Shown: positions 34,377 to 44,846 of the stretch, in pieces | Layout of the letters: each line of letters starts with the position of its first letter | Position numbering within the stretch: position 1 is the stretch's first letter | From: an uncultured Eubacteriales bacterium | Lineage (GTDB): Bacteria > Bacillota > Clostridia > Christensenellales > CAG-138 | Length of the DNA: 64,000 bases | Direction of reading: 5' to 3' | Assembly: GCA_900545265.1 (NCBI GenBank) | Contig: UQYI01000007.1 | Location: 32,278-96,277 of the forward strand | Notes under the pieces: model-generated | Database searches by the model: none | What the model saw: only the letters and a program-made list of their open reading frames with translations | Told to the model about the DNA's origin: nothing | Position numbers and translations under genes: made by a program

Positions 34377-34493
34377 TCAGGCTCCCAGGGCCATGCGCAG
34401 CAGGATAATATCCACAGCCAATGCCCCCAGTACCAGCAGCCCCAGCACAACTATCAGGGCTATGTACAGTCCCTTTTTAATCTTTACGCTCAT
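34377..34493 (-). CDS. 38-aa single-TM mini-protein (absent from ORF track)
   Basis: MSVKIKKGLYIALIVVLGLLVLGALAVDIILLRMALGA. The ATG lies 3 nt after the upstream stop, and its own stop lies 13 nt before the LCP start. Confidence 0.45.
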   Translation of the reverse strand: MSVKIKKGLYIALIVVLGLLVLGALAVDIILLRMALGA

Positions 34494-34496
34494 AGT

Positions 34497-35618
34497 TTAT
34501 TCCACAGTCGTTCTGATGGTCACCTTGTCTGCCACTTCTTCATAGGAAGGGGCATTGCCCTCCAGATCATATTCGGCAAAAACCAGCATATCCAGCAAAT
34601 TCCGGTCTGCTACACCGTCTCCGTCCCTGTCTCCGCTGGGATGGTTGATGATCTCACCCATAAATACCATGCGTACACTTTCGCCGCCATCCAGATTATA
34701 GGCTTCCACACACCCCAGGCTCTTCATGAGCTCCACCTGTTCATAATAGTTCATGCCGATGGAATACCCTTCTTTTCCCTGCCGTCCATCCACCAGTACC
34801 AGTACATAATGGCCGGGTTCATAGTATCCCAGCATGCAGCGTGGATGCCGGGTGGCATTTTCTTTATATCCATCTTTTGCCACGCCATCGCTGATAAAGA
34901 TCGGGCCAAACTGCCACGCCTGCCATGCGCCGTTTTCCACAGCCTTTTTGTCATTGAATTTGGCCGCAGAATAGTCCATGGTCTTCATTTTTCCGTCTCT
35001 GTAAATTACGCAGATTTCCCTTGTCAGTTCCCGGCTGATACCCTTATACCTAACTCCGTTATGCAACGTCAATCCGTTATTATAAGAACCGGTAATTCCC
35101 AAAACAGCCCTTTCTCTTTGGCACATGCTGTCTGCCGACTCGGTTCCAGAGTTAAAATCCCCGTTTCCAAAGGCCGTGCGGAAGCTCCGGTAATTGCGCA
35201 GCCAAATATCCGCTACAAAATAGGTCAATACGTTCTCTTCATCCACCACTTTTTTGATGGCGATCCGCAGTTCATCGCTCTGATAGCTGTAGTCTGCATC
35301 CACACCCGTATCATAATCCGGGAAATTGGCGCACACGTCTCCCTCCTCCGGTTCCCGGGTAGGAGCAGGGGTGGGCGTATCCGTGGGGGCGGGGGTATCC
35401 GTCGGTACGGGAGTAGGTTCTTCCGTAGGTTCGGGCGTGGGGGCCTGGGTAGGTGCCTCGGTCGTAACGGGTTCTACCTGATCGTCTACCGTTTGAGGCG
35501 CCTGGGTATCCTGAACCGCTGCCTGCGGTTCACTCTGCTGCCCGGCACAGCCGGTAAGAACCAGCACTCCTGCCAGCAATGTGCAAAATATCTTTATAAG
35601 AAAACCGTGTTTCATCAT
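34497..35618 (-). CDS. Phosphodiester glycosidase (NAGPA/DUF2233) family lipoprotein
   Basis: Lipobox LTGC, Pro/Thr linker, YNLDGGES motif, C-terminal DRDGDGVAD. Confidence 0.75.
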   Translation of the reverse strand: MMKHGFLIKIFCTLLAGVLVLTGCAGQQSEPQAAVQDTQAPQTVDDQVEPVTTEAPTQAPTPEPTEEPTPVPTDTPAPTDTPTPAPTREPEEGDVCANFPDYDTGVDADYSYQSDELRIAIKKVVDEENVLTYFVADIWLRNYRSFRTAFGNGDFNSGTESADSMCQRERAVLGITGSYNNGLTLHNGVRYKGISRELTREICVIYRDGKMKTMDYSAAKFNDKKAVENGAWQAWQFGPIFISDGVAKDGYKENATRHPRCMLGYYEPGHYVLVLVDGRQGKEGYSIGMNYYEQVELMKSLGCVEAYNLDGGESVRMVFMGEIINHPSGDRDGDGVADRNLLDMLVFAEYDLEGNAPSYEEVADKVTIRTTVE

Positions 35619-35736
35619 TCCTCCTGTATGTTGCTGAGAAAATACGCTGATATTCATCTTATCACGGAACATTCTACCACACAAGGCGAAAAATGTACTT
35701 TTTACACTTTTATGACATTCCGCAAAGCATCTTTTC

Positions 35737-36837
35737 TTATTCCAGAAAATCCTTCAGCCGCTTGGAGCGGGAGGGATGCCGGAGTTTGCGCAGAGCCTTG
35801 GCTTCGATCTGCCGGATCCGTTCTCTGGTCACGTTGAACTCCTTCCCCACTTCCTCCAGCGTCCGGGCCTTGCCATCGTCCAGACCGTAACGCAGGCGCA
35901 GCACCTTGGCCTCCCGGGGCGTCAGGCTGTTCAAAACATCCATCAGCTGCTCCTTGAGCAGGGTGGAAGCCACGGCTTCGGCAGGAGCGGGCGCATCGTC
36001 ATCCGGAATGAAGTCTCCCAAATGGGAATCGTCCTCTTCGCCGATAGGGGTTTCCAGAGATACCGGCTCCTGAGCAATCTTGATGATTTCCCGCACCTTC
36101 TCTTCAGAAATGCCCATTTCCTTGGCGATCTCATCGGGGCGGGGCTCCCTGCCGTACTCCTGTACCAGCTGCCGATTTACCCGGATAAGCTTGTTGATGG
36201 TTTCTACCATATGCACAGGGATCCGAATGGTCCTTGCCTGATCGGCAATGGCTCTGGTAATAGCCTGACGGATCCACCAGGTCGCATAAGTGGAGAACTT
36301 ATAGCCTTTACGGTAGTCAAATTTTTCCACCGCCTTGATAAGCCCCAGGTTGCCCTCCTGGATCAGATCCAGAAACAGCATCCCGCGACCCACATACCGC
36401 TTGGCAATGGATACCACCAGCCTGAGGTTGGCCTCGGCCAGCTGGTGCTTGGCCTCCTCGTCTCCCTCAGCCATACGCTGGGCGATCTCTACCTCTTCCT
36501 GGGCGGTGAGCAGAGGTACCTTGCCGATCTCCTTGAGATACATACGCACGGGGTCGTCGATATTGATGCCTTCTGTGGCAGACAGCACCGCTTCCACCTC
36601 GGCGATCTCCTCGTTAATATCCTCGGGGACCTCTACATCCTCCACCACGTCGATGTTCATCTCTTCCAGAGCTTCGTAGACTTTCTCTATCTGCTCCTGA
36701 TCCAGATCCTCTTCCTGAAGGGTCTCCATGATGGTCTTGTAGCTGAGAACGCCCTTTTGCTTGCCGGTTTCCAGCAGTTCCTGGATCTTGCTCTTCTGGG
36801 CTTCCTTGGTCTGGGTCTTTGCTTTGTTTTCGCTCAT
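35737..36837 (-). CDS. rpoD: RNA polymerase primary sigma factor
   Basis: [27 protein letters not shown] (region 2) and [30 protein letters not shown] (region 4.2). Confidence 0.95.
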   Translation of the reverse strand: MSENKAKTQTKEAQKSKIQELLETGKQKGVLSYKTIMETLQEEDLDQEQIEKVYEALEEMNIDVVEDVEVPEDINEEIAEVEAVLSATEGINIDDPVRMYLKEIGKVPLLTAQEEVEIAQRMAEGDEEAKHQLAEANLRLVVSIAKRYVGRGMLFLDLIQEGNLGLIKAVEKFDYRKGYKFSTYATWWIRQAITRAIADQARTIRIPVHMVETINKLIRVNRQLVQEYGREPRPDEIAKEMGISEEKVREIIKIAQEPVSLETPIGEEDDSHLGDFIPDDDAPAPAEAVASTLLKEQLMDVLNSLTPREAKVLRLRYGLDDGKARTLEEVGKEFNVTRERIRQIEAKALRKLRHPSRSKRLKDFLE

Positions 36838-36847
36838 ATGCCTCTCC

Positions 36848-38596
36848 TTATTTGTTTGCGCGTATCAATGCGGTTATCTGTTTGAGCAGTTCTTTTTTTT
36901 CTTCCGGGGAAAGGGTCTCTTCCTTGAGCCGCTCCTGAAGAGAGCTGAGCTCCTCCCCGCTGTTCTTTTTTTCCAGCCGGCGTATGCACTCCCTGGCCGT
37001 CTGCACCGGGTCTTCCCAGGCGTTTTCCCCCTTCAGCAGAGCAGAAAGCTTTTCCGCCTCCTGCTTCTCTCGCCCGGCAATATAGGCGGCTAAAGAAAAC
37101 TCCTTCTCCCCCATGCCTTGCAGCAATGTGCGGTACGCTTCCGTTTCCAGCAGTTCTTCCGCCGGCTCTCCTGCAAGAAGCGCATATACCTCCCGGCTCT
37201 GCAGGGCGCATTGGAGCAGCGTCCGTTCCAGCGCTTCCCGAGCGGTTTCTTCCTCCCGGGAGCGGCGGCGTCCCCCGATGGAGGGCAGCGGCTTTCCTGC
37301 CGCCAGCGGCAGGTGTTCACCCTGCATCCCCTGTGCCTTTAAAGCGGATAGCGGATAGCCTGTTTTTTCGGCAACGTATCGATAATACCGCTCCTGCTCC
37401 AAGGGCTGCAGCGAAGCAACATAAGCGCAGGCTTCCTTTGCGTATTGCTCCCGCTGGTCCTCGTTGCCCATATCCCGGCCCCCGGCCATGGAATCCAGTT
37501 TAAAGGCGCTGAGCGTCAATGCCGAGCTTTTCAATCGCTCAAAGCCTTCCCGGCCATATCTGCCTGCAAATTCATCCGGATCCAGGTCATCCGGAAACAC
37601 AATGACCTTCACCGACAGCCCCTCTCCTGAAAGAATATCCAGCCCCCGGATGGTGGCATGCTGCCCGGCCGAATCCCCGTCATAGGCAATATACACCTGC
37701 TGAACGTATCGCTTCAGCAGCCGGGCCTGCTGGACGGTAAGCGCCGTTCCCAAACTGGCCACGGCATTGCGTACTCCTGCCTTATACAGGCCGATAACGT
37801 CCATATACCCTTCTACCATGACGATATCGCTGAGCTTTTCTCCCTTCAGCAGATGCAGGCCATACAGGTTGTTGCGCTTGTTATACAGGAGCGTATCCCC
37901 GGTGTTCAGATACTTGGGCTTGGAATCATCCAGCACCCGGCCCCCGAATCCCAGCACCTGACCGTCTATGCCCTGAATGGGGAAGATCAGCCGGTTTCGA
38001 TATACATCGTAGGAGCGGCCTTTTTCCCGGTTCAGCACCAGCAGCCCTGCGTCTTCCAGTTCTTTCTGGCTGTAGCCCGCCTGCATAAGATGGTTCTTCA
38101 GCAGATCCCAGCTCTCCGGTGCATATCCTATGCCAAAGCGCAACAGGATCTCTTTATTCATCCCCCGCTTCTGCGCATACAGCCTTCCCGGCTGCCCCAG
38201 GGGGCCCAGCAGCTGCTGGCAGAAAAACCGTGCGGCCAAACGGTTGGCCTCCTGCAAGCGGCGCCGGTATGCCCGCTTCCTTTGCAGTTCGGCATCATTC
38301 TGTTCTTCCGGAAGCTCCATATGCGCCCGTTCCGCCAGAAAACGCACGGCTTCTCCGTAAGTAAGCTTCTCCATATCCATAATGAACTGGATCACCGTGC
38401 CCCCGGCGTGGCAGCCAAAGCAGTAAAACAGCTGCTTGTCCGGCGAAACGGAAAAAGAGGGCGTTTTCTCTCCGTGCAGGGGACATAGGCCCCAGAGCTT
38501 GCGGCCCTTGGGCTTGAGCTCCACATAGGAAGAGATCACGTCCGCTATATCATTTTTAGACAGCAGCTCATCCAGCCACTGGGTAGGAAATGCCAA
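36848..38596 (-). CDS. dnaG: DNA primase
   Basis: Zn finger [33 protein letters not shown] / YDGDSAG. Likely TTG start at 38596 (GAAAGG RBS), since the only upstream ATG at 38737 overlaps the preceding gene. Confidence 0.9.
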   Translation of the reverse strand: MAFPTQWLDELLSKNDIADVISSYVELKPKGRKLWGLCPLHGEKTPSFSVSPDKQLFYCFGCHAGGTVIQFIMDMEKLTYGEAVRFLAERAHMELPEEQNDAELQRKRAYRRRLQEANRLAARFFCQQLLGPLGQPGRLYAQKRGMNKEILLRFGIGYAPESWDLLKNHLMQAGYSQKELEDAGLLVLNREKGRSYDVYRNRLIFPIQGIDGQVLGFGGRVLDDSKPKYLNTGDTLLYNKRNNLYGLHLLKGEKLSDIVMVEGYMDVIGLYKAGVRNAVASLGTALTVQQARLLKRYVQQVYIAYDGDSAGQHATIRGLDILSGEGLSVKVIVFPDDLDPDEFAGRYGREGFERLKSSALTLSAFKLDSMAGGRDMGNEDQREQYAKEACAYVASLQPLEQERYYRYVAEKTGYPLSALKAQGMQGEHLPLAAGKPLPSIGGRRRSREEETAREALERTLLQCALQSREVYALLAGEPAEELLETEAYRTLLQGMGEKEFSLAAYIAGREKQEAEKLSALLKGENAWEDPVQTARECIRRLEKKNSGEELSSLQERLKEETLSPEEKKELLKQITALIRANK

Positions 38597-38693
38597 TGAG
38601 TATCGCCTTTCTTTATAAATTCTTCCGGCTTTATGTTTATACGACAAAAAGGGATTTATTCCTTTATTTTTTGTCGAAATCCAGTATATGTCT

Positions 38694-39701
38694 TTAGTTC
38701 CAGGCTTTAGGCACGAACAGCCGCTGATAATCGGCAATAGCGTAAGTATCGGTCATACAGGCGATGAAGTCTGCGGCAATGCGCTCTTCCCCGTCTTCCT
38801 CCCTGTACAGAAGAAATTCCTCCGGCAGTTCTTCCACATGGTGCAGATAATGGCGGTACAGCTGCTCCACCACATATTTGGCCTTATCCTCCTCCCCTTT
38901 GGCCACGGGGTTGAAGTATACGGCACTGAACATGAAGGAACGGAGCTCCTCAAACCGTTCCCGGGCCTGCGGGGTAAAATCCACCCGGTCGGAATTGGCG
39001 CAATGGCTGACAATATCCGAGATCATGCTGTTGATGCGCTTGGAATGAGTCTCCCCAAAGAATTTCCGGCAGGAAAGAGGGATCTCCTCCGCCTTCAGCA
39101 CCCCGGCCCGGATAGCATCGTCAATATCGTGATTCACATAGGCGATCTGGTCAGACAGGCAGAGCACCTGTCCCTCCACGGTGCCGGGATGCCCGCGTCT
39201 GGAATGGTTCACAATACCGTCCCGTACCTCCCAGGTAAGGTTCAGTCCCCGACCGTCCTTTTCCAGCTTATCCACCACCCGCAGGCTCTGGCTGCTGTGC
39301 ACAAATCCCCCGGGCACCAGCTGGTTGAGCACCGCCTCCCCTGCATGGCCAAAGGGTGTATGCCCCAAATCGTGCCCCAAAGCCATGGCCTCCGTCAGAT
39401 CTTCGTTGAGTCGCAGTGCCCGGGCAATGGTCCGGGCGATCTGCGAAACCTCCAGAGTATGCGTCAACCGGGTACGGTAATGATCTCCCCGGGGCGCCAG
39501 AAAGACCTGGGTTTTATGCTTCAGCCGCCGAAAGGATTTGCAGTGAATGATCCTGTCCCTGTCCCGGACAAAACAGGTGCGCAAAGGACATTCCTCTACA
39601 GGTCTTTCCCTTCCCCGGCTGTTTACGGCCAAAACGGCATGGGGCGAGAGGGTCTGTTTTTCCAGTTCCTCCCAGTGCTTGCGGATCTCGCCGTTTTCCA
39701 T
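38694..39701 (-). CDS. dGTP triphosphohydrolase-like HD-domain protein
   Basis: TRLTHTLEVSQIAR, GHDLGHTPFGHAGE. AAAGGAG RBS before the ATG at 39701. Confidence 0.9.
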   Translation of the reverse strand: MENGEIRKHWEELEKQTLSPHAVLAVNSRGRERPVEECPLRTCFVRDRDRIIHCKSFRRLKHKTQVFLAPRGDHYRTRLTHTLEVSQIARTIARALRLNEDLTEAMALGHDLGHTPFGHAGEAVLNQLVPGGFVHSSQSLRVVDKLEKDGRGLNLTWEVRDGIVNHSRRGHPGTVEGQVLCLSDQIAYVNHDIDDAIRAGVLKAEEIPLSCRKFFGETHSKRINSMISDIVSHCANSDRVDFTPQARERFEELRSFMFSAVYFNPVAKGEEDKAKYVVEQLYRHYLHHVEELPEEFLLYREEDGEERIAADFIACMTDTYAIADYQRLFVPKAWN

Positions 39702-40030
39702 GGCTGCGCTCCTTTCGCCCATCAGGCAAATTTTTCTTAATATAAAATACGACGCCGAAATCATCTTTCCCTTTATTTTCCCGGATTCTCTATAAAAAAC
39801 GGGTCTCATAGGGTCTATTTTCTGCAAACGCTCTCTTCCTGTAAAATATCGGTCAAGAATCCTTACATCTCTATAGAATGTGCAGGGCAGATGACATGAT
39901 ATGTTGATCCGCAAGATGTAGATATTTGCGTGATTTGCCTGCATCAAAAATTCGGGACGTCTATAAAAGCGCTTTCAGTTTATCAGAAAATATATTAAAT
40001 GATTCATCAAAGAGACTGTCGGAAAACCCG

Positions 40031-40100
40031 GTTGCCTTTTATGATATTTCAAAAGGCAAACAGCAACAAACGTCCGGAAAGAAACCCTTTCCGGACGTTT
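40031..40100 (-). terminator. Tandem hairpins terminating the feo operon
   Basis: 13-bp perfect stem AAACGTCCGGAAAG/CTTTCCGGACGTTT plus TTGCCTTTT/AAAAGGCAA. U-rich on the minus strand. Confidence 0.65.
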
Positions 40101-40120
40101 GGAGTATCTGTTCACCGAAT

Positions 40121-40288
40121 TCACTTTTTACTGCCGCCGCAGTGCGTTTTCTGCTTTTTCTCACAGCCCGGGCAGCCGCCCCGGCATTCCCGGCAGGAGC
40201 CGCATTTTCCGTCTTTATGATACGCCCGCAGCGCCAGAAATGCCAGCAGTACCAACACTCCCAGCAATATCCAGGAAACCAGGTTCAT
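40121..40288 (-). CDS. FeoB-associated Cys-rich membrane protein
   Basis: 55 aa. One TM then CGSCRECRGGCPGC. Starts 1 nt after the feoB stop. Confidence 0.7.
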   Translation of the reverse strand: MNLVSWILLGVLVLLAFLALRAYHKDGKCGSCRECRGGCPGCEKKQKTHCGGSKK

Positions 40289-40289
40289 C

Positions 40290-42641
40290 CTATACCCCCA
40301 GGAGCAGCAGCAGTGTCCGGCACAGAAAAGCAAAGATCCAGGCCAGTGCGCACTGGAAAAGAACTGTTAACGCAGCCCAACGTGGACCCAGTTCCCGGCG
40401 AATAGAGGCGATTGCCGCCACACAGGGGGTATACAGCAGACAGAACACCAGCAGCGCCCCGGCTCCAGCCGGTGCAATGACCTGCGTCAACGCCGTACCT
40501 GAAGCAAAAAGCACGTTTAGAGTGGAAACCACGCTTTCTTTTGCCATAAATCCGGCTATAAGCGCCGTGCAGATACGCCAGTCGCCAAAGCCCAAAGGCC
40601 GGAATACAGGGGCCAGAAATCCCGCCAGCCCCGCCAGAATGCTGTTGCGGGAATCCGTTACCCGATCCAGCCTGAGGCTGAAGGTCTGCAAAAACCATAT
40701 GACCATCGAAGCCAGAAAAATCACCGTAAACGCCCGGTGCAGAAAATCTTTTGCCTTATCCCACAGCAGCAGCGCTACGTTTTTTATACCGGGCAGACGG
40801 TAGTTGGGCAGTTCCATCACGAAGGGCACCGCATTGCCTTTGAAAAGCGTATTTTTGGATATATAGGCCGCCAGTATACCGATCAGTATGCCCAGCAGAT
40901 ACAATCCCACCATGATCAGACCGGAATATTTTGGGAAAAACAGATGGGTAAAAAAACCGTAAATTGGCAGCTTGGCCGTGCAGCTCATAAAGGGAGTCAG
41001 CAGGATCGTCATTTTTCTGTCCCGTGCACTGGGCAGCGTACGGCTGGCCATAACCCCCGGCACCGTGCAGCCAAAGCCAATAAGCATTGGTACAATGCTC
41101 CTGCCGGAGAGCCCCAGCTTTCTTAGCGGCTTATCCATAACGAAGGCGATCCGGGCCATGTACCCCGTATCCTCCAGCAGGGAAAGAAAGAAGAAAAGCA
41201 CCACGATAATGGGCAGAAAACTCAGTACACTGCCCACCCCAGTGAAAACCCCGTCTATCAGCAGGGAATGTAATGTGGGATTGACCTGCCAGGCGGTAAG
41301 CACTCCATCGGCCCAAAGGGTAAAGGCCTGAATCCCCTGTTCCAGCAGTCCCTGCAAAAAGGCGCCGATCACATTAAAAGTCAGGTAGAATACCAGCCCC
41401 ATAATGGCAATAAAAGCCGGAACGGCCGTATACCGCCCCGTCAACACCCGATCTATGCGCTGGCTGCGGCTATGCTCCTTGCTTTCGTGGGGCTGAATAA
41501 CAGTTTTGTCTACCAAACTGCCGATAAAGGCAAAACGCATGTCCGCAACGGCTGCCTTCCTGTCCATCCCCCGTTCCTGTTCCATTTGGGTGATGATATG
41601 TTCCAGCATCTCCCGCTCGTTTTCTGTGAGTTTTAGGGCATTTTCTACCAGTTCATCCCCTTCGATGAGTTTTCCGGCCGCAAAACGAAGGGGAATCCCC
41701 GCCTCTTTGGCATGATCTTCCACCAGGTGCATGATGCCGTGCAGCGCCCTGTGTACGGCTCCGCTGTGATCCTGTGCGCTGCAATAATCCTGCGGCACGG
41801 GTTTCTCCTGATAATAGGCAATATGCAAAGCATGACGAACAAGTTCTTCAATGCCTTCGTTTTTGGCGGCGGAAATAGGCACCACCGGGATGCCCAGCAG
41901 CGCCTCCATGGCGTTAATATTTACGGAGCCCCCGTTTCCCCGAAGCTCGTCCATCATATTCAGGGCCAGCACCATGGGCACATTCAGCTCCAGCAGCTGC
42001 ATGGTCAGGTACAGATTCCGTTCCAGATTGGTGGCATCGGCAATGTTTATGATGCAGCAGGGCTTTTCCTGCAAAATGAACTCCCGGGTGACGATCTCTT
42101 CTGCGGAATAAGGAGAAAGCGAGTAGATCCCCGGCAGATCCGTGACCTCCGTATCCGGATGGCCTTTGATCGCACCGCTTTTTCTGTCTACGGTGACGCC
42201 GGGAAAGTTCCCCACATGCTGGTTGGAGCCTGTAAGCTGATTAAACAGGGTAGTCTTGCCGCAGTTCTGATTTCCTGCCAAAGCGAAGGTCAGCCTGGTC
42301 CCTCTGGGCAGGGGCGAAGCCTGGGCCTTATCGTGAAAGCGGCCTTCCTCCCCTAATCCGGGATGCTCCAAAGACAGCAGCGTGACCTTTTCCTCCTCCC
42401 GTTCCGGAACCTCTCCCTCCAAGGGTTCTATTTCTATTTTCTCTGCATCCGCCAGGCGAAGCGTCAGTTCATAACTGTGGATCCGCAGCTCCATGGGATC
42501 TCCCATGGGTGCCAGCTTGATCAGTGTAACTCTGGCACCTGGAAGCACCCCCATATCCAGAAAATGCTGCCGCAGAGAGCCTTCGCCCCCTACAGACAGG
42601 ATGCGCGCCGACTGCCCTGGTGCCAGATCCTTTAATGTCAT
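40290..42641 (-). CDS. feoB: Ferrous iron transporter, FeoA-FeoB fusion
   Basis: N-terminal FeoA SH3-like domain (ARILSVGG..GVLPGARVTL). G-domain GNQNCGKTTLFN, DLPGIYS. Polytopic C-terminus. Confidence 0.95.
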   Translation of the reverse strand: MTLKDLAPGQSARILSVGGEGSLRQHFLDMGVLPGARVTLIKLAPMGDPMELRIHSYELTLRLADAEKIEIEPLEGEVPEREEEKVTLLSLEHPGLGEEGRFHDKAQASPLPRGTRLTFALAGNQNCGKTTLFNQLTGSNQHVGNFPGVTVDRKSGAIKGHPDTEVTDLPGIYSLSPYSAEEIVTREFILQEKPCCIINIADATNLERNLYLTMQLLELNVPMVLALNMMDELRGNGGSVNINAMEALLGIPVVPISAAKNEGIEELVRHALHIAYYQEKPVPQDYCSAQDHSGAVHRALHGIMHLVEDHAKEAGIPLRFAAGKLIEGDELVENALKLTENEREMLEHIITQMEQERGMDRKAAVADMRFAFIGSLVDKTVIQPHESKEHSRSQRIDRVLTGRYTAVPAFIAIMGLVFYLTFNVIGAFLQGLLEQGIQAFTLWADGVLTAWQVNPTLHSLLIDGVFTGVGSVLSFLPIIVVLFFFLSLLEDTGYMARIAFVMDKPLRKLGLSGRSIVPMLIGFGCTVPGVMASRTLPSARDRKMTILLTPFMSCTAKLPIYGFFTHLFFPKYSGLIMVGLYLLGILIGILAAYISKNTLFKGNAVPFVMELPNYRLPGIKNVALLLWDKAKDFLHRAFTVIFLASMVIWFLQTFSLRLDRVTDSRNSILAGLAGFLAPVFRPLGFGDWRICTALIAGFMAKESVVSTLNVLFASGTALTQVIAPAGAGALLVFCLLYTPCVAAIASIRRELGPRWAALTVLFQCALAWIFAFLCRTLLLLLGV

Positions 42642-42667
42642 ATTTCCGCCCCTTTGCTCCTCTTTTT

Positions 42668-42683
42668 GTTAGGTTTGCCTAAC
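42668..42683. promoter_or_regulatory. Perfect 6-4-6 palindrome GTTAGGTTTGCCTAAC upstream of feoAB
   Basis: Lies 27-42 nt upstream of the feoA start and overlaps the cas5 stop codon. Confidence 0.25.
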
Positions 42684-43323
42684 TATGTATATAGTATACA
42701 CTCTCCGAGGACCTTGTCAATGGGCAGCGACCCGCCTTACCATATCCCTGCTGAAATACACCCCGCAGCATAGACGGAATGTGAATGTCCGGAAGATCTG
42801 TACATACCTGTGTCGTACCCCGAAACGGCCCGAAATAGGACGGTGTGAACTCGCTCCATCCCAAAGACAACGTTGCATAGGATTGGCCGCGCTTTAGGCG
42901 GCGGCAGAACATTTCCTGATATGCGTGACCCGGCGCGGTTGTTTTGCGGTCCCATTGCTGTGCCTTTTGGGGAAATTTTGCTTTATCCGGATTAAGAATT
43001 ACATCGGCATAGAGCCGATAGCATACATCTGTCAGCACCGTTGCGTAAAGCTGATAGTTATTGCCCTTTTTGATGGAATCACTCTTGCGCAGGGGTCCAC
43101 CATAGTTGGTAACATAGGAATGGTATTGTGGGACAGAGCAAAGCTCCACCTTCCGGGGAATAATCAGAACCGCAGGTCCCCAGAGAATGCTCTCAAAAAG
43201 GCCACGAACCGAGGAATAGGTCGGAGCCGGATAGCTACAAGGCGAGTCGCCGCAGTCCGGTCTGGTCCACATCGCTGTGTTCCCGGCAATCTCCATTTCA
43301 ACGGGGTATGTTTTATACACCAT
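42679..43323 (-). CDS. cas5: Cas5 family protein, subtype I-C (Cas5c/Cas5d)-like, solo
   Basis: AMWTRP, SYPAPTYSSVRGLFESILWGP, LTDVCYRLYADV, RRLKRGQSYATLSLGWSEFTPSYF blocks match the Cas5c pattern. Confidence 0.7.
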   Translation of the reverse strand: MVYKTYPVEMEIAGNTAMWTRPDCGDSPCSYPAPTYSSVRGLFESILWGPAVLIIPRKVELCSVPQYHSYVTNYGGPLRKSDSIKKGNNYQLYATVLTDVCYRLYADVILNPDKAKFPQKAQQWDRKTTAPGHAYQEMFCRRLKRGQSYATLSLGWSEFTPSYFGPFRGTTQVCTDLPDIHIPSMLRGVFQQGYGKAGRCPLTRSSESVYYIHS

Positions 43324-43579
43324 TGCACCATGCTCCTTTGCTGCGTATTTTGTATTTTGATCTGTGATTTAATTACATCATAGTAATATTTTCAGATAAT
43401 GTCAATTTGTTGTATGCCAGGCATATGATATTGGTGATGTCATCATGAAAGTTTGTCGACAATTATTCTCTTACTTGTAATTGCGTTTTCTCAGAATAAT
43501 CTTGTTTCTTTCCTTGGCGCCTTTTCAAATAGATTCCGATCCGTTATAATATATTTATTAACGCAATGATGCAATTTGC

Positions 43580-44665
43580 GGAGGGGGGTACGGCTACACT
43601 ACGAAGCGCGGCAAGCAGTTCACGCGCTTTGCCATCCGGGGCATTCTCACAAACCCGGTCTACATGATTGCCGACGACACAGCGTATCAGTATCTGAAAG
43701 AGAACAATGTGGATTTGTTTGCCGAGCGTTCGGAATTCGACGGCGAGCACGGTATCATGGCATATAACCGCACGCTCCAGCGCCCCGGCAAGGCAAACCA
43801 GATCCGTCCCATGGAGGAATGGATCGTGGCGGTGGGTAAGCATCCGGGCATCATCGTGGGCAGCGACTGGGTGCGGGTGCAGGCCATGCTGGATGTCAAC
43901 AAATCCAAGAGCTACCGCAGGCCCCGCAGCAACGTGGCGCTGCTGTCCGGGCTGCTGCGGTGCGGCGAATGCGGCGACTATATGCGCCCGAAGCTGACCA
44001 ACCGCCGCACGGCGGACGGCGAGCTGATCTACACCTACATGTGCTCCACCAAGGAGCGCAGCCACGGCACGGTCTGCTCTATGAAAAACTGCAACGGCAA
44101 CACGCTGGACGCCAAGATCATCGAGGAGATCCGTAAGCTGTCCGCCGATAAAGAAACTCTTGCCAAGCTGCTGGCGCAGACCAAGAAGGTCATCAGCGGC
44201 AGCAAGGAGGGCTACGACGCAGAGCTGGCGCTGCTCCGGGAGAAACACGCCGAGACGGAAGACCGCATCAAACGGCTGGTGGAATCCCTGTCCGTTGCCA
44301 GCGACACCTCCGCGAAGTACGTCATGGAGCAGATCGACGCGCTCCATCATGAGAGCGAGACGCAGCAGCTGCGCCTTGCCGAGCTGGAAGCCCTCACTGA
44401 ACAGAGCCGAATGCTGCATGAGGAGTTTGCCTTCCATCAGGAAATGATCGAGTCCTTTGCCAGCGCGGTGGATTCTGCCACGCTGGAGGAAAAACGCCGC
44501 CTACTGCGCACCATCGTCAAAAAGGTGGTCTGGGACGGCAAAAATGCCTATGTGTACCTGTTTGCGGAGGATGGAGAGGCGGATTTACCCCCTGTTGAGC
44601 AACCTATGTATCCGTTGGAAGAGGATAGCGAATACTCTATGGCGGTATCGCAATCCTCGTTATAG
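43580..44665 (+). pseudogene. Large serine recombinase, 5'-truncated (catalytic resolvase domain missing)
   Basis: Recombinase-domain tail (GILTNPVYMIADD). Zn ribbon CGECGDYM..CSTKERSHGTVCSMKNC. Coiled-coil C-terminus. Homology starts abruptly near 43580 after AT-rich DNA. Confidence 0.8.
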
Positions 44666-44746
44666 GGGGCATCTGCCTTATTATTTCGCAGAAAAAGAGC
44701 CAGGACGTTGAAACGGAATAAAAGTCTGGCATGGTACATGGAACCG

Positions 44747-44791
44747 AAAACAGTACGCTTTCCGATTCCGAATGGAAAGCGTACTGTTTTT
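44747..44791. terminator. Bidirectional terminator
   Basis: 17-bp perfect stem AAAACAGTACGCTTTCC/GGAAAGCGTACTGTTTT. Confidence 0.85.
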
Positions 44792-44846
44792 ATCTCTATA
44801 AAAATGCGTTGCGCTACCGCCTCCACGGGCGACACTGTACGCTGCT

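Noticed and set aside
38597-38737. ATG at 38737 as the dnaG start
   Set aside because: It overlaps the dGTPase 3' end and adds 47 non-conserved residues before the conserved primase N-terminus. The TTG at 38596 with an SD-like GAAAGG fits better.
42679-44846. Search for a CRISPR array or further cas genes around the solo cas5
   Set aside because: I could see no regularly spaced direct repeats and no cas3/cas8c/cas7/cas4/cas1/cas2-like ORFs anywhere in the window. Only the cas5 call is retained.
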